A stretch of DNA of 64,000 nt from Desulfobacterales bacterium (GTDB taxonomy: Bacteria; Desulfobacterota; Desulfobacteria; Desulfobacterales; UBA5852), in the NCBI GenBank assembly GCA_963674755.2, contig CAXXVS010000003.1:1600001-1664000 (forward strand). Reading direction: 5' to 3'. Under the pieces are notes generated by a model, which was given only the letters and a program-made list of their open reading frames with translations, ran no database searches and had not been told where the DNA came from. Both the position numbers and the translations under genes were made by a program. Below, piece by piece: positions 8,723 to 19,673 of the stretch. Numbering within the stretch: the stretch's first letter is position 1; each line of letters starts with the position of its first letter.

Positions 8723-10402
8723 ATGGCCAAACCCATCAACCGCACCAGTAAACGAATCACCCAGCCCAAGTCCCAGGGGGCCTCCCAGGCCATGCTCTAC
8801 GCCGTGGGGCTCACCGAGAAAGACATGGCCAAGGCCCAGGTGGGCATCGCCAGCGTCTGGTACGAAGGCAACCCCTGCAACATGCACCTGGACCGGCTGG
8901 CGGCCGAGGTCAAAAAGGGGGTCGAGGCCGCCGGCTTGGTGGGCCTGCGCTTCAACACCATCGGGGTCAGCGACGGCATTTCCATGGGCACCGAGGGCAT
9001 GAGTTATTCCCTGCCCTCCCGGGACATCATCGCCGATTCCATCGAAACCGTCATGCGGGCCCAGTGGTATGACGCCAATATCGCCCTGCCGGGGTGCGAC
9101 AAAAACATGCCCGGCTGCCTGATCGCCATGGCCCGGGTCAACCGCCCGTCCCTCATGGTCTACGGCGGCACCATCCGGGCCGGGGAGCTGGACGGCCTCA
9201 AACTGGATATCGTATCGGCCTTCCAGAGCTACGGCGAGTACCTCGCAGGCACCATCGACGAAAACCGACGGCAGGCCATCGTCCGCAAGAGCTGCCCCGG
9301 GGCCGGGGCCTGCGGGGGGATGTACACGGCCAACACCATGGCCTCGGCCATCGAAGCCATGGGCATGGCCCTGCCCTACAGTGCCAGCCGGCCGGCCGAA
9401 TCCCTCCAAAAGCGGGAGGAGTGCCAGCGCGCCGGCGCGGCCATCCGACGGCTGCTGGAGGAAGACATCCGGCCGCGGGACATCATGACGCGCCGGGCGT
9501 TTGAAAACGCCCTGGTGGTCATTACGGTGCTGGGGGGATCCACCAACGCGGTGCTGCACCTGCTGGCCATGGCCCGGGCCGCGGATGTCTCCCTGACGCT
9601 TGGGGATTTCCAGGCGGTAAGCGACCGGGTTCCCCTGCTGGCGGATATGAAGCCCAGCGGATTCCATGTGCAGGAGGACCTTGACCGGGTGGGCGGTCTG
9701 CCGGCCCTGATGAAATATTTGCTGGCCGAAGGGCTGCTGGACGGCGACTGCATGACCGTGACCGGGGAGCGATTGGCGGAGAACCTGCGGGGGGTGCCGG
9801 ATCTGGCGGCGGGTCAAACCGTCATTCATGCGTTGGAAGATCCGGTCCATCCCCGGGGCCACATCCAGATTCTCAAAGGCAGTCTGGCCCCGGAGGGTGC
9901 CGTGGGGAAGATCACCGGCAAGGAGGGGACGTGCTTTTCCGGGCCGGCCCGGGTGTTCGATTCCGAAGAGGCCATGCTGGCCGCCCTGGAGGAGCAACGG
10001 ATTCAGGCCGGCGACGTGGTCGTCATCCGCTACGAAGGCCCCCAGGGGGGGCCGGGCATGCCGGAAATGCTGACGCCCACCTCCGCCATCATGGGGGCGG
10101 GGCTGGGGAAAAAGGTGGCCCTGCTGACGGACGGGCGTTTCTCAGGGGGCTCCCACGGTTTCATCGTGGGGCACATCACGCCCGAAGCCCAGGCGGGCGG
10201 CCCCGTCGCCCTGATCCGCGATGGGGATGCGATCACCATCGACGCGGCACACAATCGCATCGATGTGGAGGTAAGTGCCGCAGAGATGGCCGCGCGTCGT
10301 CGGGTCTGGTCGCCGCCGCCCTACAAGGCCGACCGGGGCATCCTCTACAAGTACATTAAAAGCGTGCGGCCGGCCTCGGAGGGCTGTGTGACCGACGCCT
10401 GA
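8723..10402 (+). CDS. ilvD: Dihydroxy-acid dehydratase
   Basis: [66 protein letters not shown]. Confidence 0.97.
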   Translation: MAKPINRTSKRITQPKSQGASQAMLYAVGLTEKDMAKAQVGIASVWYEGNPCNMHLDRLAAEVKKGVEAAGLVGLRFNTIGVSDGISMGTEGMSYSLPSRDIIADSIETVMRAQWYDANIALPGCDKNMPGCLIAMARVNRPSLMVYGGTIRAGELDGLKLDIVSAFQSYGEYLAGTIDENRRQAIVRKSCPGAGACGGMYTANTMASAIEAMGMALPYSASRPAESLQKREECQRAGAAIRRLLEEDIRPRDIMTRRAFENALVVITVLGGSTNAVLHLLAMARAADVSLTLGDFQAVSDRVPLLADMKPSGFHVQEDLDRVGGLPALMKYLLAEGLLDGDCMTVTGERLAENLRGVPDLAAGQTVIHALEDPVHPRGHIQILKGSLAPEGAVGKITGKEGTCFSGPARVFDSEEAMLAALEEQRIQAGDVVVIRYEGPQGGPGMPEMLTPTSAIMGAGLGKKVALLTDGRFSGGSHGFIVGHITPEAQAGGPVALIRDGDAITIDAAHNRIDVEVSAAEMAARRRVWSPPPYKADRGILYKYIKSVRPASEGCVTDA

Positions 10403-10408
10403 CAGGTT

Positions 10409-11059
10409 CTAAGCACCAGGGGACCCCATCAGCCCGTGCTCGTGCCGGGCCTCGAAGGCCGCGATGTCGTCCGCATAGGCCAGGGTCTGGGCGATGTCAT
10501 CCAACCCCTGCATCAATTTTTCCTTGATGCCCGCATCGATGTCGAACCGGAATACAGGCTGCTCAGGGGCGTTGAATGTGAGGGTCTGGCTTTCCAGATC
10601 GGCCGTGGCCGTCAGGCCCTCATGGCGTTCAACCAGCTGAAAAATGAGATCGACCTCGGGTTCGGACAGTTCGATCGTTAAAAGCCCGTTCTTGACCGCA
10701 TTCTGCCGAAAGATGTCGGCAAACGCCGGCAGCCGTTCGCCGTCCGTCGTCTTCCAGGGTGCCACGATCACGCGGTAGCCGTCCTGGGCCAGGGCCCAGA
10801 CGGCATGCTCCCGGCTGGAGCCGCAGCCGAAGTTGTTGCGCGTGACCAGGAGGGAGTGGTCTTTAAAGCGGGGGGCATTGAGCTCGAAGTCTTCATTCGG
10901 CGACCCGTCGGGCTTGTAGCGCCAATCGAAGAAGGCATTTGGCCCGTAGCCGGTGCGCTTGATGGATTTCAGGAACTGCTTGGGGATGATGGCGTCCGTA
11001 TCCACGTTGGCGCGGTTGAGCGTCGCCACGAGGCCGGTGTGACGGTCGAAAGGTGTCAT
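10409..11059 (-). CDS. leuD: 3-isopropylmalate dehydratase small subunit
   Basis: NVDTDAIIPKQFLK, NFGCGSSREHAVWAL, FADIFRQN, GLDDI. Confidence 0.97.
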   Translation of the reverse strand: MTPFDRHTGLVATLNRANVDTDAIIPKQFLKSIKRTGYGPNAFFDWRYKPDGSPNEDFELNAPRFKDHSLLVTRNNFGCGSSREHAVWALAQDGYRVIVAPWKTTDGERLPAFADIFRQNAVKNGLLTIELSEPEVDLIFQLVERHEGLTATADLESQTLTFNAPEQPVFRFDIDAGIKEKLMQGLDDIAQTLAYADDIAAFEARHEHGLMGSPGA

Positions 11060-11077
11060 GATGCGTGATCTCCCGTT

Positions 11078-12487
11078 CTATTGTGCAAGCCAGGACCGAA
11101 TGTCCACGAATTTGCCGGCCACCGCCGCGGCGGCCGCCATTTCGGGGCTGACCAGATGGGTGCGGCCGCCCTTGCCCTGGCGCCCCTCGAAGTTGCGGTT
11201 GGAGGTAGAGGCGCAGCGCTGCCGGGGGCGCAGCTGGTCCGGATTCATACCCAGGCACATGCTGCAGCCGGCATAGCGCCACTCGGCGCCGGCGGCTTTG
11301 AAAATGCGGTCCAGACCTTCGGCTTCGGCCTGCTCCCGCACAGCCTGGGAGCCCGGCACCACCAGCAGCTGCACGTGGGGTGCTTTCTGGCGTCCGTCGA
11401 GAATGGCCGCCGCCCGGCGCATATCCTCGATGCGGGCATTGGTGCAGCTGCCGATAAAGACCACGTCCACATCCACGTCCGTCATCCGGGTGCCCGGCGT
11501 CAATCCCATGTAAGTCAGCGCATTTTCAAGATCGGCGCGGTTGTAACGGCTGTCCGTATCCGGGCCGGGCACCGGCTGGTCGATGTCCATGACCATGCCG
11601 GGGTTCGTACCCCAGGTGATCTGGGGGGCGATGGCGCCGGCATCGATGGTCAGGGTGCGGTCGAACACGGCATCCGGGTCGCTGGGCAGCGTTTTCCAGA
11701 AAGCCATGGCGCGCTCCAAGGCCTCCCCCTGGGGGGCATAGGGGCGTTTCCCGCGGGCGATGTAATCGAAAGTGGTCTCGTCCGGTGCGATCATGCCGGC
11801 CCGGGCCCCGCCTTCGATACTCATGTTGCAGATCGTCATGCGGGCTTCCATGGACAGGGCGCGAATGGCCTCCCCCGCGTATTCCAGCACGTGGCCGGAC
11901 CCGCCGGCCGTGCCGATCCGGCCGATCAGGTGCAGCACCATGTCCTTGGAAAAAACATGGGGTTGCAGCCGGCCGGTAAACTCGACACGGTAGGTGCCCG
12001 GCTTTTTCTGGATCAGGGTCTGGGTAGCCAGCACATGTTCCACCTCCGAAGTGCCGATGCCGAAAGCCAGGGCGCCGAAGGCGCCGTGGGTGGAGGTGTG
12101 GGAATCGCCGCACACGATGGTCAGCCCCGGCAGGGTGATGCCCAATTCCGGCCCGATCATATGGACGATGCCCTGGTAGGGATGGCCCAGGTCGAACAGC
12201 GTGATATCGAAATCCCGGCAGTTGGTCCGCAGCGCCTCCACCTGGGCCCGGGAGACGGGATCTTCGATATTGAAACGGTCCGCGGTGGTGGGGACGTTGT
12301 GGTCCATGGTGGCGAAGGAGAGGTCCGGCCGGCGGACCCGGCGCCCGGCCAGGCGCATGCCCTCGAAAGCCTGGGGGCTGGTGACCTCGTGCACCAGATG
12401 ACGATCGATGTAGAGCAGCACCGATTCGTCGGGCAGCTTGCGAACCACATGGGCATCCCAGATTTTTTGGAAAAGCGTTTTCCCCAT
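11078..12487 (-). CDS. leuC: 3-isopropylmalate dehydratase large subunit
   Basis: [60 protein letters not shown]. Confidence 0.97.
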   Translation of the reverse strand: MGKTLFQKIWDAHVVRKLPDESVLLYIDRHLVHEVTSPQAFEGMRLAGRRVRRPDLSFATMDHNVPTTADRFNIEDPVSRAQVEALRTNCRDFDITLFDLGHPYQGIVHMIGPELGITLPGLTIVCGDSHTSTHGAFGALAFGIGTSEVEHVLATQTLIQKKPGTYRVEFTGRLQPHVFSKDMVLHLIGRIGTAGGSGHVLEYAGEAIRALSMEARMTICNMSIEGGARAGMIAPDETTFDYIARGKRPYAPQGEALERAMAFWKTLPSDPDAVFDRTLTIDAGAIAPQITWGTNPGMVMDIDQPVPGPDTDSRYNRADLENALTYMGLTPGTRMTDVDVDVVFIGSCTNARIEDMRRAAAILDGRQKAPHVQLLVVPGSQAVREQAEAEGLDRIFKAAGAEWRYAGCSMCLGMNPDQLRPRQRCASTSNRNFEGRQGKGGRTHLVSPEMAAAAAVAGKFVDIRSWLAQ

Positions 12488-12706
12488 GGCAAAAGACCTT
12501 TCGTGTAGATATTTTTTTATTCAGGCAGGGCTTGCGGTAACGCCCGACCGATTAACATGGCAAGAAGAACACGGATCGTCAACTCCTGTTATCAGGGTCG
12601 CCAAATTCAGAAAAGGGATTATGGTAAGGATTCTACGTGTCGTGATGCACACGAAGTTTCGGGACATACGGTGGAAAAGCGCTAAACGCCAACGACAGGA
12701 GCAGGT

Positions 12707-14443
12707 ATGCAGGGCAAAGAACTCGTCCTCAAAGCGTTGAAGGACAGGGGCGTAAGATACATTTTCGGTTATACCGGCGGCGCCATCATGCCGGTTTTCG
12801 ACGAAATGGAAAAACAGAAGTGTTTCGATTTTATCATGTCCCGGCATGAGCAGGGGGCGGCCTTCATGGCCCAGGGCCTTTCCCGGGCCTCGGTCACGAC
12901 GGCGCGTCCCCGGATCGGGGTCTGCATGGCCACTTCGGGCCCCGGCGCCATGAATCTGGTGACGGGAATTGCGGATGCCGGTATGGATTCGGTGCCGCTC
13001 CTGGCCATCACCGGTCAGGTACCCTCCGGCGTGATCGCCACGGACGCCTTCCAGGAGAGCGATGTGGTGGGTGTCATGATGCCCATCAGCAAACAGACCT
13101 ATATGCCCCTGTCGGCCGACAGCATCGAGGAGACCATCCATGAAGCGCTCTATGTGGCCGGTACCGGCCGGGGCGGGCCGGTGGTGGTGGACATCCCCAA
13201 GGACGTTCAACTCCAGGCGTCTTCAGCGGGGTATCGGTTCGATCCCGAGGCCTACACCCCCGACCTGCCGGGGTTCCACTATTCCCCCCAGCCCGAACGG
13301 GAGCGGTTGCAGCAGGCCGTGAGAATGATCAACCGCTGTGAAAAGCCCGTCATCCTCTGCGGCCACGGCGTCATCACCGCCAAGGCCAGTGCCGCGCTAC
13401 GGCGTTTTGCCGAGCGGGCCAACATACCGGTGGCCTTTACCCTGCACGGCCTTTCGGCGCTTCCGGTAGACCATCCCCTGAGTCTCGGCATGGTCGGCAT
13501 GCACGGTACGGTGGAATCCAACCGGGCCCTGCTGAACGCCGACCTGATCCTGTCCTTCGGCATGCGCTTCGACGATCGGGTGACCGGCAATCTGGAGGCT
13601 TTCGGGGTGAACGCCCGGGTGATCCATGTGGAGATCGACCCGTCGGAAATCGACAAGAACGTTCCGACGGCGGTGGCCATCAATGCCGATGCCGGGGAAG
13701 TGCTCAAACGCCTGGGACAGGACCCCGAATTGACGTCCAAACCGCGGCGGCGCTGGTTCGATGAGATCGATGCCCACCGCCGGGAAATCGCCGGTCTTCT
13801 GCGCGCTGAGATCGAAGGCGGTGTCGGCCGCGAAGGGCAATTGCTGATGAAACGGATCGTGTGGGACCTCTCCCGCCTTACCAAGGGCAAGGACATCGTT
13901 GTGGCCGATGTGGGGCAGCACCAGATGATCGCGGCCCGCTTCTACAACTTCCAGACGGTCAACAGCTGGTTTACTTCCGGCGGGGCCGGCACCATGGGGT
14001 GTGCCCTGCCCATGGCCGTCGGCGTGAAGCTGGCCCGGCCGGAGGAGCAGGTCTGGGCGGTCATGGGCGATGGGGGTTTTCAGATGAACATCCAGGAGCT
14101 GGGCACCATCATGGAACACGATGTGGATATCAAGATCCTGCTGATGAACAACGGCTATCTGGGCATGGTGCGCCAGTGGCAAACCCTGTTTTATGACGGC
14201 CGCTATGCCGGTACTCCCATGAAAAATCCTGACTTCGGCGCCATCGCAGGCGCCTACGGCATTCCCTACCGGCAGGTGCAGACGGTGGAAGAGATCGTAC
14301 CGGCCCTCGAGGATGCGGCTTCCCGCAAGGGGGCCTATCTGGTGGAATTTCGCTGCGACCCCAGCGAGGTGGTGCTGCCCATGGTACCCGCGGGCGGCGG
14401 CATTGCCGACATGATCGTTGCTTTGGAGGAAAAAGCCCCATGA
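12707..14443 (+). CDS. ilvB: Acetolactate synthase large subunit
   Basis: RHEQGAAFMA, TSGPGAMN, DAFQE, DVGQHQM, ThDP motif GDGGFQMN...NNGYLGMVRQWQ. Confidence 0.95.
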   Translation: MQGKELVLKALKDRGVRYIFGYTGGAIMPVFDEMEKQKCFDFIMSRHEQGAAFMAQGLSRASVTTARPRIGVCMATSGPGAMNLVTGIADAGMDSVPLLAITGQVPSGVIATDAFQESDVVGVMMPISKQTYMPLSADSIEETIHEALYVAGTGRGGPVVVDIPKDVQLQASSAGYRFDPEAYTPDLPGFHYSPQPERERLQQAVRMINRCEKPVILCGHGVITAKASAALRRFAERANIPVAFTLHGLSALPVDHPLSLGMVGMHGTVESNRALLNADLILSFGMRFDDRVTGNLEAFGVNARVIHVEIDPSEIDKNVPTAVAINADAGEVLKRLGQDPELTSKPRRRWFDEIDAHRREIAGLLRAEIEGGVGREGQLLMKRIVWDLSRLTKGKDIVVADVGQHQMIAARFYNFQTVNSWFTSGGAGTMGCALPMAVGVKLARPEEQVWAVMGDGGFQMNIQELGTIMEHDVDIKILLMNNGYLGMVRQWQTLFYDGRYAGTPMKNPDFGAIAGAYGIPYRQVQTVEEIVPALEDAASRKGAYLVEFRCDPSEVVLPMVPAGGGIADMIVALEEKAP

Positions 14444-14928
14444 CGGCCCGAGCGGAAATGAAACGACGCGCCATGTTGATTTACACCCTTGACCGACCCG
14501 GCGTGCTGAACAAGATCTCCATGCTGATCCGGCGCAAGATGTACAACGTCGAGACCATCACGGCCTGCAAGACCCTGCGGCCCGGCATCAGCCGGATGAC
14601 CCTGACCCTGCGGGAGGACCGCGATGATAAGATGCGGCAGGTGATCCGCCAGGTGGAGAAGATGACCGAGGTGGTCGCAGCCCGGGAGCTCGATATCGAT
14701 CAGAGCTTCTGGCGGGAGGTGGCCATCGTCAAGTTCGAGGCCGAACCCGAACGCTTCGCCCGTCTCGAACAGGACTATGTCTTCGAAGTGATCGACCGCC
14801 AGAACCATGAATTGTTCATCGTTCAGATCGCGGGGACCTCCCAGCGAATCGATGATTTCCTGGAGGCCATCGGCAGCGATAAACTCGTGGAGGCCGCCCG
14901 GTCCGGATTTACGGCCCTGGAGCGTTAG
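14440..14928 (+). CDS. ilvN: Acetolactate synthase small (ACT) subunit
   Basis: DRPGVLNKISMLIRRKMYNVETI ACT domain; ATGA overlap with ilvB; EAARSG end. Confidence 0.9.
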   Translation: MTARAEMKRRAMLIYTLDRPGVLNKISMLIRRKMYNVETITACKTLRPGISRMTLTLREDRDDKMRQVIRQVEKMTEVVAARELDIDQSFWREVAIVKFEAEPERFARLEQDYVFEVIDRQNHELFIVQIAGTSQRIDDFLEAIGSDKLVEAARSGFTALER

Positions 14929-14959
14929 CCCCTCGGGCCGGGCGCTGGTAGGTGCGGGG

Positions 14960-15469
14960 TCAGGCGAGGACCCGGTGGACCAAATAGATCTCCCATGACA
15001 CCACGCCCAGGAAGGCCGCCAGAATGACATACAGCAACAGGTCGGCCTTCAACCACTGGGATGCGATGAAGCGATCGCGGAACACCACCAAAACGACCAG
15101 GCCGGCGCTGGTCAGGGCGTACTTGACCAACAGGAAGGGATAGGGGCCCAACCCGAGGTAAAACGCCATGACCGGATTGATCTCCATGGCCCCATGGTTG
15201 ATCAGCACGAGGGTCAGGATGGCGTCGATGACGCTCAAAAACAGGATAATGACGATGACGCCGAACAGGGATTGCTGATAGCGGTCGACATAGCTCCATT
15301 TCCGCCGGTCTTCCCGGCGCCGGATTTTTTCCCGCCGGCCGCCCCACAGCAGCGATCGAAAAGTGAGCCGGTGCGTGCCGCGCCGATCACCCCCCGACCT
15401 TCTTTCCGGCGGGGGGGTGCCCTGGGACCTCCCGGTCTTCGGATGTTTCATCATTTTTTTTCCATCCAT
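14960..15469 (-). CDS. DUF5658-like membrane protein with Arg-rich N-terminus
   Basis: LSVIDAILTLVLINHGAMEINPVM...LVKYALT motif; N-terminal ERRSGGDRR and RRREDRR. Confidence 0.75.
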   Translation of the reverse strand: MDGKKMMKHPKTGRSQGTPPPERRSGGDRRGTHRLTFRSLLWGGRREKIRRREDRRKWSYVDRYQQSLFGVIVIILFLSVIDAILTLVLINHGAMEINPVMAFYLGLGPYPFLLVKYALTSAGLVVLVVFRDRFIASQWLKADLLLYVILAAFLGVVSWEIYLVHRVLA

Positions 15470-15556
15470 GGTCTATGACGTCGGTCTTTGTGTTCGGGCG
15501 GCCCTTGCCTCCCGGTATGACCAGAAAGACGTGGCCGGGCATCAACGATCCTGTTT

Positions 15557-15583
15557 TTGTGTCTACTCTTGTGTCTACTCTTG
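15557..15583. repeat. 12-bp tandem direct repeat TTGTGTCTACTC x2 (+TTG)
   Basis: Exact duplication seen upstream of the DUF5658-like gene. Confidence 0.8.
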
Positions 15584-15805
15584 AACTTAATGCAAATATT
15601 ATACAATTGAAGTCCAGTGCGCCATATTTTTGATTCGTATATGGATTTCAACATGTTGCGCAAGATGAAAAAGGTTCGTGGAGGACAAGGGGTGGGAAAT
15701 GTTTTTCTTAAAACGGTGCAAAACAGGCCCACAGGACAGAAAGGGGATCCCGGCGCGTGTCCTCCGGGAAGACCATGCGGTCGCTGACGAGCAGGGCGTT
15801 TCCCC

Positions 15806-16945
15806 TCAAAGGGTCAGGAGGTTCTCTCCCGCTTTTTTCAAAGCGTTTTCCCCGGCAACTTTGGCCAGGATGCGGCCCGGACGGGCAAAGCGGTCCACGC
15901 TGCGGGCAAACAGCACGCCGTCGGTGGTGGCTCTGATCGGACAAACCCGTTTCTTGACGTCAGCCAGCGGATTGACGACCTCGGCCACCAGTTCGCCTGC
16001 AGCCACCATTTCGCCCGGTGCTTTATGAAAGACCACCACCCCCGGGCAGGGGGCTTTGAGGTGTTCCACGCCGCTTAGGGGGGTGGCGTGGCGGGGCAGA
16101 TTCGGCAGGGGCGGTCTATCGCCCTTGATAAGCCCCCGTCGAATGAGGAAGGCCATGATGTTGTCGGCGTCCTGTCCGGCGGTTTCATGGGAGAGATCGG
16201 CCAGACCCCGCAGCTCAACTGTTGCGGCCAGGCAGGCCGGTGGAATGGGATGGTCAGGGAAGCGGGCGGCCAGCCGGAACCAGATGCGGCTGCAGGCTTC
16301 GTCAAAGGGTGTCACCCCGGAGTCATCCGCCAGAAGGGTGGCCCGGGCTCCGAGCTGAGCCGGCAGATCCCGGCCCCGCGGCCAGAGGGACTGCCCCATG
16401 TAGACGTGCAGGACGGCCTGGTAGTCACAGTGCAGGTCCAGCACGATGTCGGCGTCATAGGCCAGGGACAGCAGCGTCAGCTTCAGATGGCCGGCTTCGT
16501 CCTCGGCGGTCAGGGTGCCCAAAACCCTGCCGGTGGCCTCCCGGATCAAACGGATATTGCCGTCCGATCCATCCCCGAGAGGGTCTTTGACAAGCTCGGC
16601 AACCTTGTCGGCCATATCGGGAAATCGGCGGTTGAAGTTGATACCGTTCCAGAAATCGAACCGCCCCTGGAGCCAGTCGTCCCGCCACTGGCTGATCCCG
16701 ATGGGGTTGGCCACCGGTACGAGAACGATTTCGCCGGCAATGGCTCCCCGGGCGTCAGCCCGGTCCAGGCGCTCCAAAAGATGGTGCATGACGAGGAACC
16801 CCGGGGCTTCGTCCGCATGCAGACCGGCCTGCAGATAGGCCTTGGCCGGATGGGAGCGGTCGCCATAGCGATGGACAGTCAGGGTGCGGGTGTTGCCCAT
16901 GCTGGCGCCGGGCAGCGTTAGCGATTCAACAGTGTGGCTGGACAT
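15806..16945 (-). CDS. Succinylglutamate desuccinylase/aspartoacylase (M14) family protein
   Basis: QAGLHADE, ANPIG, NFNRRFP, VLDLHCD, TVELRG, C-terminal barrel-sandwich region. Confidence 0.9.
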   Translation of the reverse strand: MSSHTVESLTLPGASMGNTRTLTVHRYGDRSHPAKAYLQAGLHADEAPGFLVMHHLLERLDRADARGAIAGEIVLVPVANPIGISQWRDDWLQGRFDFWNGINFNRRFPDMADKVAELVKDPLGDGSDGNIRLIREATGRVLGTLTAEDEAGHLKLTLLSLAYDADIVLDLHCDYQAVLHVYMGQSLWPRGRDLPAQLGARATLLADDSGVTPFDEACSRIWFRLAARFPDHPIPPACLAATVELRGLADLSHETAGQDADNIMAFLIRRGLIKGDRPPLPNLPRHATPLSGVEHLKAPCPGVVVFHKAPGEMVAAGELVAEVVNPLADVKKRVCPIRATTDGVLFARSVDRFARPGRILAKVAGENALKKAGENLLTL

Positions 16946-17205
16946 GGTCGGACCTTTTCTATGCTAAGCGGTATCGAGGGACACCCGGGGCCGCAGGTGG
17001 GCGAACCAGCGGGGCCCTATCTTTTCGAGCAGAAAGACCGGGACGATGGCCCGGGCGGCTATGGTGACCATCCGGCCGATAGAGGTCAGGGTGGGGCGGG
17101 TGGGCCAACGGCCCCCGGCGATGCGGACGGAGAAGAGGATTCGTGGCGGCCCGCCGACCGGCAGGTGCCGGCTTGCCTTGAAGGAAAAAATCGCAGTCCC
17201 CTGAC

Positions 17206-17254
17206 AAAAAAACAGGGCCGGCCGCATCCTGAGGGATCGGAGGCCCTGTTTTTT
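17206..17254 (-). terminator. Intrinsic (likely bidirectional) terminator after the cold-shock gene
   Basis: AAAAAAACAGGGCC ... GGCCCTGTTTTTT inverted repeat. Confidence 0.7.
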
Positions 17255-17268
17255 CCGTTTACGTGAAT

Positions 17269-17469
17269 TTATGCTACCGTGACGTTGGCCGCTGAAGGGC
17301 CTTTTTGCCCCTGCTCCACGTCGAAGGTCACGCGGTCGCCCTCTTTGAGCGAGCGAAAACCGGTCGCATTGATGGCTGAATGATGCACGAAGACATCCGG
17401 GCCGTCTTCCTGCTCGATGAAGCCATAGCCTTTCTGGTCATTAAACCATTTGACAACGCCATTTGCCAT
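17269..17469 (-). CDS. Cold-shock protein (CspA family)
   Basis: [34 protein letters not shown]. Confidence 0.97.
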   Translation of the reverse strand: MANGVVKWFNDQKGYGFIEQEDGPDVFVHHSAINATGFRSLKEGDRVTFDVEQGQKGPSAANVTVA

Positions 17470-17804
17470 GGTGACACCCCCTTTCTAAAGAATATTCATC
17501 GTTTTCTACTTCAGGCTGCCACTGGGCCAAATGGCGAAAAACGACCTAAAGGAATCGGCCCGACGTTTCCAGAATGTCTGGCGCGAGCCCTGATGATAGT
17601 GTCTATCTTTACTGATTTCCCAGTCGTTGTGCAAGTAGATTGTGGCCGTTGCAGCCCCTTGATCCGATGTCCGGGAAGCCATACTATGCATAAGTCGGCG
17701 GGTCGGTCGATGCGGAAGGCCGTTATCGCGTGCCTATCCGGGGGGCGTCGCTTTTGATCGGGGTTGACGCGTACAGGATGGCATGCAGGCAGTGGGGGTG
17801 TATA

Positions 17805-18350
17805 ATGAAGACCATGATGAGCGCGCCGGCCGCCAGCGGTGCTTGGGACACCACCCGTCGCAGCCTACCCTTCCCTCTCGTGTTGCTGGGTTGTGCGGTG
17901 CTTGCAGGATGCGCCGGTATGTTGCGCGGCTACGAGGGGACAGCGGCCCGTCCTGATAATCGGTTGCCGCTGGCGGCCATGTCGGACAAAGCGGCGCTGT
18001 GGCAGGGAAAAGATGTGACGATCCATTACAGCGCCGCAGTGAAGGCCGATGGACTGCAGATCAGCGGTTCGGTCGAGCGCCTGAACACCATCAAGCATTA
18101 TTCTGCGGTCCAATATTTTCGGATTTACATCCATTTTTTGACCGCCGACGGCATCATCCTATCCACCAAACGGCTGTGGTCGGCAGGGCCCGGTATCGAC
18201 AGCACGCTCATTCGTTGGACTTTCGACAGGCACTACCCGCTTCCCGCCGGAGCCGCGGCCATCGGTTTCAGTTACCGGGGAGCCTTTTCTGACGGGGGCG
18301 ACGACGGCTCCCCCGGTCAAACCGGCTGGGAAGTCTGGGAGCGACCCTGA
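17805..18350 (+). CDS. Hypothetical lipoprotein
   Basis: Hydrophobic stretch ending in lipobox LAGC. Start uncertain. Confidence 0.6.
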   Translation: MKTMMSAPAASGAWDTTRRSLPFPLVLLGCAVLAGCAGMLRGYEGTAARPDNRLPLAAMSDKAALWQGKDVTIHYSAAVKADGLQISGSVERLNTIKHYSAVQYFRIYIHFLTADGIILSTKRLWSAGPGIDSTLIRWTFDRHYPLPAGAAAIGFSYRGAFSDGGDDGSPGQTGWEVWERP

Positions 18351-18436
18351 ACGCTTCCTTGACCTGTATCAATGCGCTGCATACCCTCTTGCCGGTAAGG
18401 TTGAGGGAACATAACCGCCACGATCGAGATGGGCCC

Positions 18437-19663
18437 ATGTTGACGCAACTCTCCGATTTGAGAGAATCCAACGAATTTTTGAATCTGCTGCTGGATAATA
18501 TCAACTCCGCGGTGCTCATTGCGGACGAAAAGATGCAGATCCATCAATTCAACAAAAGTTTTCTCGATCTGTTCGACCGCACTACGGATCAACCGGTTGA
18601 GCGGTCTTTCGGGCAGATCGCCGGCTGCGTCAACGCTGTGGTTGAAAACCGATCCTGCGGGCACACCTCCCAGTGCCAATTTTGCAGTATCCGCCGCTCC
18701 CTGCTCCAAACGCTGCTCGACAAAGCCCCGGTGGACCGCCAACGCATGGAACGCCGCTTTTATATCAACGGCCGGCCCGTGACCAAATACCTGGAGTTCA
18801 GCGCCCGGCCCATCCGGTTTCAGGGCCGCCGCATGATCCTGGTGATCATTTACGATATTACCGACATCGAAACACAGAAACGGGAGCTCCAAGCCAAACA
18901 GGATCAGATCGAGCATGACCTCCAAGCGGCGGCTGGCATCCAGCAAAGCCTGCTGCCCCATCATGCGCCTAAAATTCCATCCATTCATACCGCCTGGCAG
19001 TTTGAGCCCTGCGACCGGGTAGGGGGCGACATTTTCCAGGTTCATCAGACGGGGGCGGGAACCATCAGTGCCTATGTGCTGGATGTTTGCGGCCATGGGG
19101 TGTCGGCCGCCCTCGTGGCGGTGACGGTGACCCAGTTTTTGCAGGGACTGCAGAATCGCATGCGGCTGACCGGCCGGTTGTTTACCCCCGCAGCGGTTTT
19201 GGAACGCCTCAACCAGGCCTTCCCCCTGGACCGCTTCGACAGCTATTTTACGATTGCCTACATCAGTTTGGACATTCGGACAGGCCTGTTGACTTACGGC
19301 AACGCCGGCCACGTGCCTCCGCTCCTGCTGCGCGCGGACGGCCTTGTTGAGACGCTGTCCCAGCACGGCACCGTGATCGGCACCGGTTTCCAAGAACCCT
19401 TCGGTCAGGCCAGCGTCAGACTATTCCCGGGCGATCGTTTGATTCTCTACACGGACGGCCTGACGGATAATTTCGGACCGGAGGGCGAGCGGGAGGGGAG
19501 GCACCGGTTCCTGACAGCGTTGCGGAAGTTTGCCGATCGCCCGTTGGACGATCTGGTGGCGGCCGTCCTGGAGCAATCCCGATCCATGCGTGGCGACGTC
19601 CCTCCCACGGACGATATCAGCCTGCTGGCCCTCGACTATACAGGATCGTCCGAGCCGTCCTGA
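18437..19663 (+). CDS. PAS-domain SpoIIE/RsbU-type PP2C protein phosphatase
   Basis: AAAGIQQSLLP, VGGDIF, DVCGHGVSAAL, NAGHVPPLL, YTDGLTD, DDISLL; Cys-rich PAS domain. Confidence 0.9.
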   Translation: MLTQLSDLRESNEFLNLLLDNINSAVLIADEKMQIHQFNKSFLDLFDRTTDQPVERSFGQIAGCVNAVVENRSCGHTSQCQFCSIRRSLLQTLLDKAPVDRQRMERRFYINGRPVTKYLEFSARPIRFQGRRMILVIIYDITDIETQKRELQAKQDQIEHDLQAAAGIQQSLLPHHAPKIPSIHTAWQFEPCDRVGGDIFQVHQTGAGTISAYVLDVCGHGVSAALVAVTVTQFLQGLQNRMRLTGRLFTPAAVLERLNQAFPLDRFDSYFTIAYISLDIRTGLLTYGNAGHVPPLLLRADGLVETLSQHGTVIGTGFQEPFGQASVRLFPGDRLILYTDGLTDNFGPEGEREGRHRFLTALRKFADRPLDDLVAAVLEQSRSMRGDVPPTDDISLLALDYTGSSEPS

Positions 19664-19673
19664 ACGGCTCGCG

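Noticed and set aside
12621..12740. Possible ilv leader peptide MVRILRVVM... upstream of ilvB
   Set aside because: No early stop (it runs into ilvB) and no terminator/antiterminator hairpins are visible.
15590..15610. Sigma54-like TTGTATAATATTTGCA on the minus strand upstream of the DUF5658-like gene
   Set aside because: Lacks the invariant -24 GG.
16934..17266. Small ORFs between the deacylase and cold-shock genes
   Set aside because: Low-complexity translations that span the csp terminator; no RBS.
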